From: Acidobacteriota bacterium
GTDB taxonomy: Bacteria > Acidobacteriota > UBA6911 > RPQK01 > JADFOI01
Length of the DNA: 64,000 nucleotides
Direction of reading: 5' to 3'
NCBI GenBank assembly: GCA_963663035.1
Contig: OY760074.1
Location: forward strand, 1,472,001 to 1,536,000
Shown: piece after piece, positions 40,644 to 49,969 of the stretch
How positions within the stretch are numbered: the first letter of the stretch is position 1
Layout: each line of letters opens with the position of its first letter
The notes under the pieces: generated by a model
Databases searched by the model: none
The model's input: only the letters and a program-made list of their open reading frames with translations
What the model was told of the DNA's origin: nothing
Translations under genes and position numbers: made by a program

Positions 40644-40718
40644 TTCGCGGCCTGAGGCCGCTCCTACATTCTCCAATCCGCAAGGACGAGCAGGTGGGAG
40701 CCGCCTCAGTGCGGCGAA
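40644..40718. repeat. Inverted GTAG/GTGG-type REP pair between convergent genes
   Basis: TTCGCGGCCTGAGGCCGCTCCTAC ... GTGGGAGCCGCCTCAGTGCGGCGAA. Confidence 0.75.
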
Positions 40719-40746
40719 TTGAGGTCTTGAGGAGAATCTGTAACCG

Positions 40747-41418
40747 TCATAAAGTTCCCAGGCGGCCCCACATGATCATGTGCCGATCGCTGACCTCTTC
40801 CACGCAAAAATGCGCCAGCTGAGCCTCCTGGAGCTGAGACTTGACTTCATGGGGCCGGTAGGCAGCCAGCAAGGAGTGGTAAAAATCCTGCTTGAGAACC
40901 TCCGCCTCTCCGGCGGCATGGGTTTCGGTTAAATCTTTGGCCTGCGCCCTGTCTGCCGGGCGCGTCAAGTCCATGATGAAGATGGGCGCTCGAGGGCTGG
41001 CAAACTGGTTGATACTCTGCCAAAGCACCTGGGGATCCCCCAGATGGTGAAGAAGGCTGTTGCTGATCACCACATCATACTTCTTGCGTGGCAACTGGGT
41101 GGCTGGCAGATAGCGGTGAATCAGTTGAACCCGCTCCTCCAGTCCTTCCCGGCTGACGGCCTGCTTTCCAAACTTCAACATGGCCTCGGACCCATCCACG
41201 CCATGGATGAGGGAGTCCGGGTAGCCTCGTGCAAAGCGCAATGAGATGTCAGCCGGCCCGCAGCCAAGGTCCAAGACATAGCCGGCTGCGGCTTCTTCGG
41301 GAAAGCTTCTGGCAAAGAGCTCAATAAAGCAGCTGTGAGGCTCTTGAAAATCCGCCTCGGCATAGGCGCGGGCTTGCTCTTCCCCCAACATGAGTTCCGG
41401 TTCCGGTGTGCGACGCAC
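40747..41418 (-). CDS. Class I SAM-dependent methyltransferase
   Basis: RTPEPELM, VLDLGCGPAD, SNSLLHH. Confidence 0.9.
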   Translation of the reverse strand: MRRTPEPELMLGEEQARAYAEADFQEPHSCFIELFARSFPEEAAAGYVLDLGCGPADISLRFARGYPDSLIHGVDGSEAMLKFGKQAVSREGLEERVQLIHRYLPATQLPRKKYDVVISNSLLHHLGDPQVLWQSINQFASPRAPIFIMDLTRPADRAQAKDLTETHAAGEAEVLKQDFYHSLLAAYRPHEVKSQLQEAQLAHFCVEEVSDRHMIMWGRLGTL

Positions 41419-41441
41419 AGAAAAAGGGTCCTACGCTGATT

Positions 41442-42680
41442 TTATAAGACTGTGATCTCGATCTTGGCCACACCGTTCCACTCATAACCCGAGGGGTTCC
41501 AGTGAATGGAACCGTCCAGAGGCTGAGTCCGTCCGGCGGCATCAACTGCCCGTGCCCAAACCTCATGCTGACCGGGAGAGAGTTGAAAAGGAGCCGTCCA
41601 GTGGTACCAGGCAAAGGGGCTGGAAGGAGTCTCCAGCTGGGCTCGCTGCCAACTTTCCCCGGCGTTGATGGACACTTCCACCGTCTCGATCCTGACCAGT
41701 CCGTCATTCCAGGCGACCCCTTGAACTTCAGAGCCTTCATCCCCCACCGAATCGCCATCCAGTGGAACCCAGATAAGGCTGTTGATCCTTTGGCGCCAGG
41801 TGGGGCTGGTGTTCTCCAGGGTAATGGGTGGGCTCGTCCCGGGCCCGATGGGTTTGTTGAAGGTTCGATAGCGCGGTATGTGATTGTAGTTGTTGGTTTC
41901 CTGACCTTCGAAGCGCAGTCGAGTGAGCCACTTGACATTCATGGTGCCGTAGTAGCCGGGGACAATGAGTCGGACGGGACCACCATGAACTGCCGGGATG
42001 GCTTCTCCGTTCATCTCCACAGCCAAGATCGCGTTCTCGAGTACGTCCTCCAGCGGAAGACTGTGTTCGAAGTCGGCGGCCTCAGGCGTAGGCGGTGCGT
42101 CTTTTCCCTCTGCCGCTATGAACCTGGCTGCCTGATCAACCTCCAACTTCAGATCCTCGATCAAAACCTTGAGCGGAACACCCTTCCAGCGCACGTTGCC
42201 CAGGCCGCCATTGTTCCACTGGGTTCCTCTGGTCCTGACGGTCTGGGCATAGTGGGCTCGGCCGTTACCCGAGCACTGCAAGACCATCTCCACCTCCGTC
42301 TGCTCGAACCCAGCCAGGTCCTCACCCTTGATGACCCGAGGGTATTTGACCAGGCCGATCATCTCCACAGTCCAATCTTCCAGAGGAAGCGGCCGCATGC
42401 TCAGAGCACCGTTCATGATCTGGTTATTGCGAACGAACAGGAGGTCTTTTGGTGTGATGTGATGCTCACGCAGAAGCTCCAGTGGAGTCTCGGCCACTCC
42501 CGGCTGCCAGTTGTGCACGATCATCCGCCTGTCTTTGCTAATTGCAGCCAGGAAAGAATCGGCTTGGCCCTGCGGGTGGGGTAGCGTCCCTATCGCTGGC
42601 ATCACCCCCGCAGCAGCCGTTCCCAGCGCTGTCTGCTGCAAGAAGGCGCGGCGATTGAGCTTGATTTTGTCTTTACTCAC
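41442..42680 (-). CDS. Tat-exported sulfite oxidase-family molybdoenzyme
   Basis: NRRAFL Tat motif, LQCSGNGR, HGGPVRLIVPGYYG, VKWL; GTG start at 42680. Confidence 0.9.
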   Translation of the reverse strand: MSKDKIKLNRRAFLQQTALGTAAAGVMPAIGTLPHPQGQADSFLAAISKDRRMIVHNWQPGVAETPLELLREHHITPKDLLFVRNNQIMNGALSMRPLPLEDWTVEMIGLVKYPRVIKGEDLAGFEQTEVEMVLQCSGNGRAHYAQTVRTRGTQWNNGGLGNVRWKGVPLKVLIEDLKLEVDQAARFIAAEGKDAPPTPEAADFEHSLPLEDVLENAILAVEMNGEAIPAVHGGPVRLIVPGYYGTMNVKWLTRLRFEGQETNNYNHIPRYRTFNKPIGPGTSPPITLENTSPTWRQRINSLIWVPLDGDSVGDEGSEVQGVAWNDGLVRIETVEVSINAGESWQRAQLETPSSPFAWYHWTAPFQLSPGQHEVWARAVDAAGRTQPLDGSIHWNPSGYEWNGVAKIEITVL

Positions 42681-43521
42681 TTGGATCCTCTCCGCTGCCG
42701 CCTCGGTTCCCGCTGGCGGCCGGCCTGAAAAATGGCATAGCCAATATCTTTGGCAGTGTCTGCCAGGTACGATCTCGGAAACTCTTGAGCCCGATGACCA
42801 TCTCCTGATGCCCCTTCGCCGGCTGATCCCGATAGGTGCCCAACAGCCAGTCCCAGCAGGAGAGATTGAAGCCGAAGTTAGAGTTGTGTTCCCCATGGTC
42901 CACGGAGTGATGGACTCGATGCATGTCGGGCGTGACGATGAACCAGCGCAGAACTCGGTCCAGCGGCAGCGGGATACGGACGTTGGCGTGGTTGAACATG
43001 GCCAGTGCGTTGAGCAACACCTCAAAAATAATGACGGCCAGGACAGGAGGTCCCAGGACCGAGACCGCCGCCAGCTTTATGAATACGGATATGACGATCT
43101 CAATGGGGTGGAAGCGGATGCCGGTTGTCACGTCGATGTCCAGGTCGGCGTGGTGGACCAGGTGCAGCCGCCATAGCGCCGGAATGGCGTGAAACATCAC
43201 GTGCTGGACGTAAATAACGCAGTCCAGCACAACCACCGAAACCAGCACCGCGACCCAGTAGGGCACAGAAAAGAGGTTGAACATGCCCCAGCCAAGCTCC
43301 TCGACCATCAAGGCCACTCCCACCACCGCCGCCGGGAAGAGCAGTCGTACCATAAGGGCATCCAACAGAATCACCCCCAGGTTGCCGAACCAGCGCCTGC
43401 TCTTGCTTGCCGTGAGCTCACGGCGGGCAGCCGCCACCTCCCAGATCGCCAAGAGACCGAAGATCCCGAAGAAGAAACCCAGACGAATTACTGACCCGTT
43501 GCTCATGATCCAGTCCGTCAT
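42673..43521 (-). CDS. Sterol desaturase/fatty acid hydroxylase family protein
   Basis: His boxes QHVMFH, HLVHH, FNHAN, HRVHH. Confidence 0.92.
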   Translation of the reverse strand: MTDWIMSNGSVIRLGFFFGIFGLLAIWEVAAARRELTASKSRRWFGNLGVILLDALMVRLLFPAAVVGVALMVEELGWGMFNLFSVPYWVAVLVSVVVLDCVIYVQHVMFHAIPALWRLHLVHHADLDIDVTTGIRFHPIEIVISVFIKLAAVSVLGPPVLAVIIFEVLLNALAMFNHANVRIPLPLDRVLRWFIVTPDMHRVHHSVDHGEHNSNFGFNLSCWDWLLGTYRDQPAKGHQEMVIGLKSFRDRTWQTLPKILAMPFFRPAASGNRGGSGEDPSE

Positions 43522-43609
43522 AAAGTTACTCCTCTTCCTTCCGGAAAAGCATATCAAATCAGAGCCCGCATTATGAATAAGTTTTCTGCTACAGTTGACC
43601 TTCTGCGTC

Positions 43610-45364
43610 ATGATGAAGAAAAAGGCCAACAGACCGTCACTCACAACCATAAAATATGCATTCAGGACCATTGTCTGGCCCAGAAGAAAGCTGCTTTTCC
43701 TGGGACTCGTTTTGATCGTCATCAATCGACTTGCCGGTCTGGTTCTGCCCGGCTCAAGCAAATTCGTAATTGACAATGCCATCACTCAAGGGGATCTCTC
43801 GCTCTTGAAGCTGATTCTTCTGGTTGTGGCCTGTGCCATTCTCGTGCAGGCATCGACATCCTTTTTCCTGACCCGGCTCCTGGCTGTCGAGGCGCAGAAC
43901 TTGATCTCTCTTTTGCGGGCCAGGGTTCAGAAACACATCATCTACCTGCCGGTGCGTTATTTTGACAATACGAAATCGGGTGAGCTGGTTTCTCGCATTA
44001 TGACCGACGTGACAGGCGTCCGTAACCTGGTCGGTACAGGCCTGGTCCAGCTGGTGGGAGGGACTCTGACGGCCGTGGTGGCCCTTGTACTGTTGATTCG
44101 AATCAATGCCTTGATGACTCTCTATGTCGTGGTGCCCCTTGCGGCTTTCGGCGTGATCTCTCTGAAAGCATTTGGCTACATCCGGCCGGTTTTTCGGGAG
44201 CGGGGCCAGATCAATGCGGAGGTCACAGGCCGCCTCACGGAGTCATTAGGAGGGATACGAGTTATCAAGGGTTTTAACGCGGAGACACACGAGGTTCAAG
44301 TCTTCGAACACGGCGTGGAACGGCTCTTCCAGAATGTGAAGAAGTCCTTGACTGCCACCAGCCTGGTGACCGGCTCCGCTTCCCTGCTGCTGGGCCTGGC
44401 GGCCGTTGTGATCATGGGCATTGGGGGTTCGATGATCATGGAGGGCGAAATGACTCTGGGAGAGTTCTTCGCTTTCACCATGTACCTGGGATTCCTGATC
44501 TCCCCCATCATCCAAATGAGCAACATTGGCAGCCAGATGACCGAAGCCTTCGCTGGGCTGGACAGAACGGCAGAGCTTCTCAACACGGATCGAGAGATAG
44601 ACGACATCCAGAGAACTCTCGTCCTTCCCGATGTGACAGGAGATATTGCATTTGAGAACGTAAGCTTCTCCTATCAGGAGGAGGTCGAAGTGCTCAACGA
44701 CATCAGCTTCCAGGCTCCAGCCGGCACCGTCACCGCTCTGGTGGGCAGTTCAGGTTCTGGAAAGACCACCATAGCCGGACTGGCAGCTTGCTTCATGAAG
44801 CCCACGACGGGAATAGTCAAAGTCGACGGACAGGACTTGGCCACGGTGACCCTTGACAGCTATCGACGTCACCTGGGCGTTGTTCTGCAGGACGATTTCC
44901 TGTTCGATGGAACCATCCGCGAAAACATACAGTTCGGTAAGCCCCAAGCCAGCCATCAAGAACTGGAAGAGGCTGTTCGGGCTGCCCATGTGAAGGAGTT
45001 TACAGACCGCCTTCCCGAAGCTGTTGAAACGATTATCGGCGAACGCGGCGTCAAACTCTCGGGAGGACAGCGCCAGCGTGTTGCCATCGCCCGGGCCCTG
45101 GTGGCAAACCCAAGGATTCTCATCCTGGACGAGGCCACCTCCAATCTGGATGCGGAAAGCGAGCAGTACATCCAGGAAAGCCTGAAAACCTTAATGAGAG
45201 GACGGACCACACTTGTCATCGCTCACCGCTTGAGCACGATCCGACAGGCCCATCAGATTCTCGTGATAGAAGCAGGCCAGATCGTGGAACGCGGAACTCA
45301 CGACGAGCTGATCAAAAAAGAGGGCCGCTATCATCAGCTCTACACCTACCAGGCCAGAATCTGA
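43610..45364 (+). CDS. MsbA/MdlB-like ABC exporter (fused TMD-NBD)
   Basis: GSSGSGKTT, LSGGQRQR, ILDEATS, IAHRLST. Confidence 0.95.
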   Translation: MMKKKANRPSLTTIKYAFRTIVWPRRKLLFLGLVLIVINRLAGLVLPGSSKFVIDNAITQGDLSLLKLILLVVACAILVQASTSFFLTRLLAVEAQNLISLLRARVQKHIIYLPVRYFDNTKSGELVSRIMTDVTGVRNLVGTGLVQLVGGTLTAVVALVLLIRINALMTLYVVVPLAAFGVISLKAFGYIRPVFRERGQINAEVTGRLTESLGGIRVIKGFNAETHEVQVFEHGVERLFQNVKKSLTATSLVTGSASLLLGLAAVVIMGIGGSMIMEGEMTLGEFFAFTMYLGFLISPIIQMSNIGSQMTEAFAGLDRTAELLNTDREIDDIQRTLVLPDVTGDIAFENVSFSYQEEVEVLNDISFQAPAGTVTALVGSSGSGKTTIAGLAACFMKPTTGIVKVDGQDLATVTLDSYRRHLGVVLQDDFLFDGTIRENIQFGKPQASHQELEEAVRAAHVKEFTDRLPEAVETIIGERGVKLSGGQRQRVAIARALVANPRILILDEATSNLDAESEQYIQESLKTLMRGRTTLVIAHRLSTIRQAHQILVIEAGQIVERGTHDELIKKEGRYHQLYTYQARI

Positions 45365-45366
45365 TC

Positions 45367-45579
45367 TAGCCGGGTTTATGCATAGGTTTTCGTGACGAAG
45401 TGCCGCAGGCGCCGCGATGACAAGGCGTGTGAGAGGTACCCGCTTGCGGGTCGAGCCCCGCAGGCGTACTCATGCAGTACGCCGAGGAGCCCAAGGGGTA
45501 CCCGCTTGCGGGTCGCACAACGCAGTCAGCGTGGATGATTGCGGCACTGCAGTAGAAAACTTATGCATAATCCCGGCTA
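45367..45579. mobile_element. Family B MITE-like element, copy B2
   Basis: 25-bp TIR TAGCCGGGWTTATGCATARGTTTTC; right end supplies the TAG stop of the OPT gene; internal GGTACCCGCTTGCGGGTCG twice; core shared with B1. Confidence 0.8.
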
Positions 45580-47472
45580 CGGCTTGGGCTGTGAGAAACG
45601 ATAAAAAGCGACCAGCACGGCCACTGCTCCTGCCACCGTTAACACCGTTATCAACGTCTCAGGCAGACCCAGGGCCAAACGGGCGATCCCCAGGCTGGCC
45701 AGCAGCGCAATTCCCACGCCCGTCAGCGATTCTCCTGCGATTATGCCCGAGGCAAAGAGAACGCCGCGATGCAGTCGCCGGTCAGCAGCAGCTTCCTTCT
45801 CGCCAGCACTCACCACATGGGCAAGCAGACCTCCCAGGAGAATTGGCGTTGTCAGTCCGAAGGGCAGATACATGCCCACGGCAATGGGCATAACGTGCAT
45901 GCGAAAGGAGGTATTTTTGCGCTCCAGGATCTTGTCAGCCACCAGGATCACACCCCCAACGGCCACTCCAATGCCAACCATTGGCCAGGGCAGATTGCCC
46001 TGGCCAAAAAGACCTTCCACCAGGCTCTTGAAGAGACTCGCCTGGGGCGCCGATAACTCGCGCCCGCCGATGCCACCGGGGGTGTTGTTGTGGAGCAACT
46101 GCAACACCGGGGCCATCACCAGTGAGGCCGTGGCCACACCCAGGACCTGCATGATCTGCTGTCGGAATGGAGAGGCCCCCACCAGGGAACCGGTCTTGAG
46201 GTCATTACACACATCACCTGATGTACATGCAGCGCAACAGACTATGGCGGCAACACCGAGTGTCGCCACCATGCCCTCCATCCCGCTGAAACCAAAGAGG
46301 AGCAGCAGGCCACCGGTAAAGAGCACGGCCGTGATGGTCATGCCCGAAACCGGACTGTTGGAATTGCCCACCAGCCCCACGATGTAGCTGGCAACCGCCG
46401 TGAAAAAAAAGGCCATGATAATCATGATCACGGTGGTGGCAAGGCTGATGAGTATGTTGCCGGTCAAGACGTAGTACACCACCCCGATCAAGAGCACGAC
46501 CACTATGCTCAGCCCCAGAATCACTCTTGGTGAGATATCCCGGTCTCGCCCGGCAGAATCGTCTGGCCTGTCGGCACCCGTCCCGAGGCGTCTGATTTCG
46601 CGAAGCGCTTGCAAGAGACCGAATCGCACCCTGATGATGGAGGCAACCCCGCCCACAATCATCGCTCCCACCCCGATATAGCGGATCTGGGTGCTCCAGA
46701 GTGTCCAGGCCGCTTCCAGGGAATCACCACCGGAGGATTGGGCACTCAAGAGCGGTATCCCAATAATCCAGGCCAGGGAGCCTCCCATGAAAATCAACAC
46801 CGCAATATTGAGCCGTACAATAAAACCTACAGCCACCAGGGCTGGCGAGATATCGCCGCCAAAGTAGAAAATCCGATCACCCAGCCCAACAACAGCATCC
46901 TCGAGGACCCCCTTTATGACCCCGAAAAAACTGACCAAGGCCTTGAAGATCCCGCCGATGACGGCCCCTAGAACAACACCCCTGGCCTCTGATCCAGTGG
47001 ACTCACCGGCCTTGAGAACCGACGCGCAGGCCACCCCCTCAGGAAACTTCAACTCCGCGCTCGTTTGGACCACGAAGACACGGCGCATCGGTATCATGAA
47101 CAAGACTCCCAACAGCCCACCCGTAAAGGCAATGATGGTCGTCATCAGCAGGTCAAACTCCTGCCAGGCGCCGATGAGCAACAAGGCGGGCATGGTAAAG
47201 ATGATTCCCGCAGCCAGTGACTCGCCGGCAGAAGCCGCTGTTTGCACCTGATTGGCCTCGAGAATGGTCCCACCCCGGAAAAGGCGGCGCAGAATCAACA
47301 TGGCCATGACCGCCGCTGGAATGGAGGCCGACACCGTCATGCCGGCCTTCAGCCCCAGGTACACGTTGGCTGCTCCCATCACCATGGAAAGTACGATGCC
47401 AACAAGGACAGCGCGTAGCGTCAGCTCTTTCATCGGGGTTGTTCGAGAATCCATATCTGCACCAGGTCCCAT
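45577..47472 (-). CDS. OPT/YSL-family oligopeptide transporter
   Basis: ELTLRA, NVYLGLKAG, FPEGVACA, DLKTG, APQASL. Confidence 0.93.
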   Translation of the reverse strand: MGPGADMDSRTTPMKELTLRAVLVGIVLSMVMGAANVYLGLKAGMTVSASIPAAVMAMLILRRLFRGGTILEANQVQTAASAGESLAAGIIFTMPALLLIGAWQEFDLLMTTIIAFTGGLLGVLFMIPMRRVFVVQTSAELKFPEGVACASVLKAGESTGSEARGVVLGAVIGGIFKALVSFFGVIKGVLEDAVVGLGDRIFYFGGDISPALVAVGFIVRLNIAVLIFMGGSLAWIIGIPLLSAQSSGGDSLEAAWTLWSTQIRYIGVGAMIVGGVASIIRVRFGLLQALREIRRLGTGADRPDDSAGRDRDISPRVILGLSIVVVLLIGVVYYVLTGNILISLATTVIMIIMAFFFTAVASYIVGLVGNSNSPVSGMTITAVLFTGGLLLLFGFSGMEGMVATLGVAAIVCCAACTSGDVCNDLKTGSLVGASPFRQQIMQVLGVATASLVMAPVLQLLHNNTPGGIGGRELSAPQASLFKSLVEGLFGQGNLPWPMVGIGVAVGGVILVADKILERKNTSFRMHVMPIAVGMYLPFGLTTPILLGGLLAHVVSAGEKEAAADRRLHRGVLFASGIIAGESLTGVGIALLASLGIARLALGLPETLITVLTVAGAVAVLVAFYRFSQPKP

Positions 47473-47687
47473 CGATGTGGGTGTAATTTCTGCTCAATGC
47501 TAAGTCTTGAGACGCCGTGAAGGCAATCAAAATCACCAGCTGTGCTTGTATCAGAGGAAATCACAGTGACTATTCCCTTCTTTTTTTCACTTTCTTGATG
47601 ATAGAATCCACGTAACAAATGGTGGTCTCATTTCCAATGGACTATTACGAATCTCATCACAACATCTGAACTGGAGGGCTTTCTATC

Positions 47688-49454
47688 ATGCATCTCTACC
47701 TTTCCTTCCTCGTTTCCTTCTTTCTGGCTATAGGACTGGGTTCGGCTCAAGGTGTGCAGAGCTTGCCACCTGAACTCATCGCCTATTCCGACATCGTCTT
47801 TTACAACGGGAAGATCCTGACAGTTGATGACCAGTTCTCCATCGTCGAGGCTGTGGCCATTCGGGATGGGAAATTTCTGGCCGTGGGAGATGACCAGAGG
47901 ATTCTATCCCTGGCGGGACCCCAGACGCGGCGAGTCGATCTACAGGGCCGCAGCGTGGTTCCCGGCTTTATCGACACCCACCTGCACATGGCCTTTGTGG
48001 GAAATCAATCCAAGGCGGGCACCGGCGAAGAGATCCTGTTCAGGGATGTGGCCAGTGGTCTAGAGGAACTTCGGGCGATTACAGCCAAGTACCCTGCGGG
48101 TATGGAGCTGTACATCGGGGGTCCCAGCAACAAGCCCCTGCTGCTGGACGTGACGCTGGCGGAACTGGACGCTGCGACACCCAATCATCCCGTCGCCATC
48201 ACCTGTCCCAACAACCAGGTGGTCGTCAACAGCCTGATGCTGAAAAAGGTTGCGCTCGATACCCCTGGCGTCCTGAAGGATGAGACTGGCAAGCCCACCG
48301 GTCAGCTTCGGGGTGGGGCTTCAGGAGACATCATCTACGCGGCCATGACCTGGCCCGATATCGAAGACGAGATGGCCCGCCAGATACAGGAGTTCCGGTA
48401 CTATACCTCCCAGGGCCTGACCACCTTCATGGGAAAGACAGAGGGCTTGGCGTTTAGCATCTTCCGGGGCCTCTGGGTCAAAGGCAAGCTGGAACCGCGG
48501 GTTCGGGTCATTCACCAGTTCCTGCGCCAAAATGCCAACCCGGAAGCTTACCTGAAGCGGCTGGGGAACATGACGGACTTCGGGGATGATAAGTTGAAGA
48601 TTACCGCCGTCACGGTGCAGGTCGTCGACGGCTCGAGCGGCACCGGCTCAGCGCGCACCTCAATGTCCAAGCTGATGAACCGTCCTGCCCAGGACCCCGC
48701 TTCGCAATCAGATGCTGGTCGCAGGTTCTACTCTCCTGAGTTGGATCCCTATGGCCCCTACGGCCAGAATAAGTGGGAAGAAACCGGCGACGTCAGCACC
48801 AGCGACCGCCGTAACATCCTCCTGGCTAACCGCTACGGGTGGACTGTTGCCGGGCTGCACAGCAGCGGCGACATGAGCAACACTATCCTGCTTGAAGCTT
48901 TCGAGGAAGCTCACCGCGAGAAATCGCTGGTGGGTCGGCATTTTGGCATCGACCATGGCCTGATGTGGAAACCGGAGCATTTTTCCAAGCTTAAAGAGAT
49001 GGACATTACCCCCAGCGTTTACAGCAAGGCTATGTACGACAACGACGGATTGGTCCAGATGTATGGCGCCGACCAGGTGTACTGGATGCAGCCGGTAAAA
49101 TCGCTGATTGACTTCGGGATCAAACCGGCTGCCGAAGCCGATGACCGTCCACCCTATTCGGCACCGCTTTTCCATATCCAGAATTGGGTGACACGTATCG
49201 ACGACACGGGAAGGCAGCTTGATCCGTCTGAGAAGGTGGACCGCAAGGAAGCGCTGCTGATGTACACTCGCTGGGCGGCGCGCTACAGCGGTGAAGAGCA
49301 CCTCCTAGGATCGATTGAACCGGGCAAGCTGGGTGACCTGGTGGTCCTGGGCGGCGACTATCTGACCTTTCCCGAGAATGAGCTGGACAAGCTTCGCGTC
49401 TTGATGACCGTGGTAGGAGGAAAAGTGATTCACGAGGTAGCGGGTGCTTTTTAG
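47688..49454 (+). CDS. Secreted amidohydrolase 3 (YtcJ-like) protein
   Basis: Signal peptide; PGFIDTHLH, GSIEPGKLGDLVVL. Confidence 0.9.
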   Translation: MHLYLSFLVSFFLAIGLGSAQGVQSLPPELIAYSDIVFYNGKILTVDDQFSIVEAVAIRDGKFLAVGDDQRILSLAGPQTRRVDLQGRSVVPGFIDTHLHMAFVGNQSKAGTGEEILFRDVASGLEELRAITAKYPAGMELYIGGPSNKPLLLDVTLAELDAATPNHPVAITCPNNQVVVNSLMLKKVALDTPGVLKDETGKPTGQLRGGASGDIIYAAMTWPDIEDEMARQIQEFRYYTSQGLTTFMGKTEGLAFSIFRGLWVKGKLEPRVRVIHQFLRQNANPEAYLKRLGNMTDFGDDKLKITAVTVQVVDGSSGTGSARTSMSKLMNRPAQDPASQSDAGRRFYSPELDPYGPYGQNKWEETGDVSTSDRRNILLANRYGWTVAGLHSSGDMSNTILLEAFEEAHREKSLVGRHFGIDHGLMWKPEHFSKLKEMDITPSVYSKAMYDNDGLVQMYGADQVYWMQPVKSLIDFGIKPAAEADDRPPYSAPLFHIQNWVTRIDDTGRQLDPSEKVDRKEALLMYTRWAARYSGEEHLLGSIEPGKLGDLVVLGGDYLTFPENELDKLRVLMTVVGGKVIHEVAGAF

Positions 49455-49480
49455 CTTCCATATCTTCTGAAACGGAAGAA

Positions 49481-49504
49481 AGGGACAGCCTCTGGGCTGT
49501 CCCT
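49481..49504. terminator. Hairpin downstream of amidohydrolase
   Basis: AGGGACAGCC-TCTG-GGCTGTCCCT; no clear U-run on + strand. Confidence 0.4.
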
Positions 49505-49536
49505 AAACTTGAACAAGAAGACGCTCGAGTTCTACA

Positions 49537-49902
49537 ATGAGCACAATGATTAAAGTTGGAAGTCTTGCTCTCACGCTCTTCCTTGCATTCGGTCTGCTGG
49601 GCATTGGCCTTTCTGTGTGCCGCAACTTCATGGACCTGGAGTGCGCAACTGAAATGGCTGGAGCTTCTCAAAATATGGATCGTTGCGAAAAGATGTGCCA
49701 GTTGGGACAAGACCAATCCCCCGTGGTTCTTGAAAAGGCACAGCCGAAAGTCCCTTCCGATACCGTTGCCGCTTTAGTTCTGCCTACAGTGCCACCTCTC
49801 AGTACTCATCTTCATGGGATTCATGAGACTTCGAGATTCGAAGTTCACAACACCCTCCCTAAAGGAGAAGTGTATCTCCTGAACGCCTCTCTTCTGATTT
49901 AG
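49537..49902 (+). CDS. Small Cys/His/Met-rich membrane-anchored protein upstream of metal efflux operon
   Basis: N-terminal hydrophobic segment, four Cys, C-terminal VYLLNASLLI. Confidence 0.6.
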   Translation: MSTMIKVGSLALTLFLAFGLLGIGLSVCRNFMDLECATEMAGASQNMDRCEKMCQLGQDQSPVVLEKAQPKVPSDTVAALVLPTVPPLSTHLHGIHETSRFEVHNTLPKGEVYLLNASLLI

Positions 49903-49969
49903 TCTCTCTCCTGTTTTTTGATTCCCTTCCCGTCTCAGGACAACTGTTCTCCAACGCGAGAAAGGTTTC

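Noticed and set aside
42681-43785. Long N-terminal extensions of the molybdoenzyme and desaturase ORFs
   Set aside because: They overlap neighbouring genes; better starts at 42680 (before the Tat motif) and 43521.
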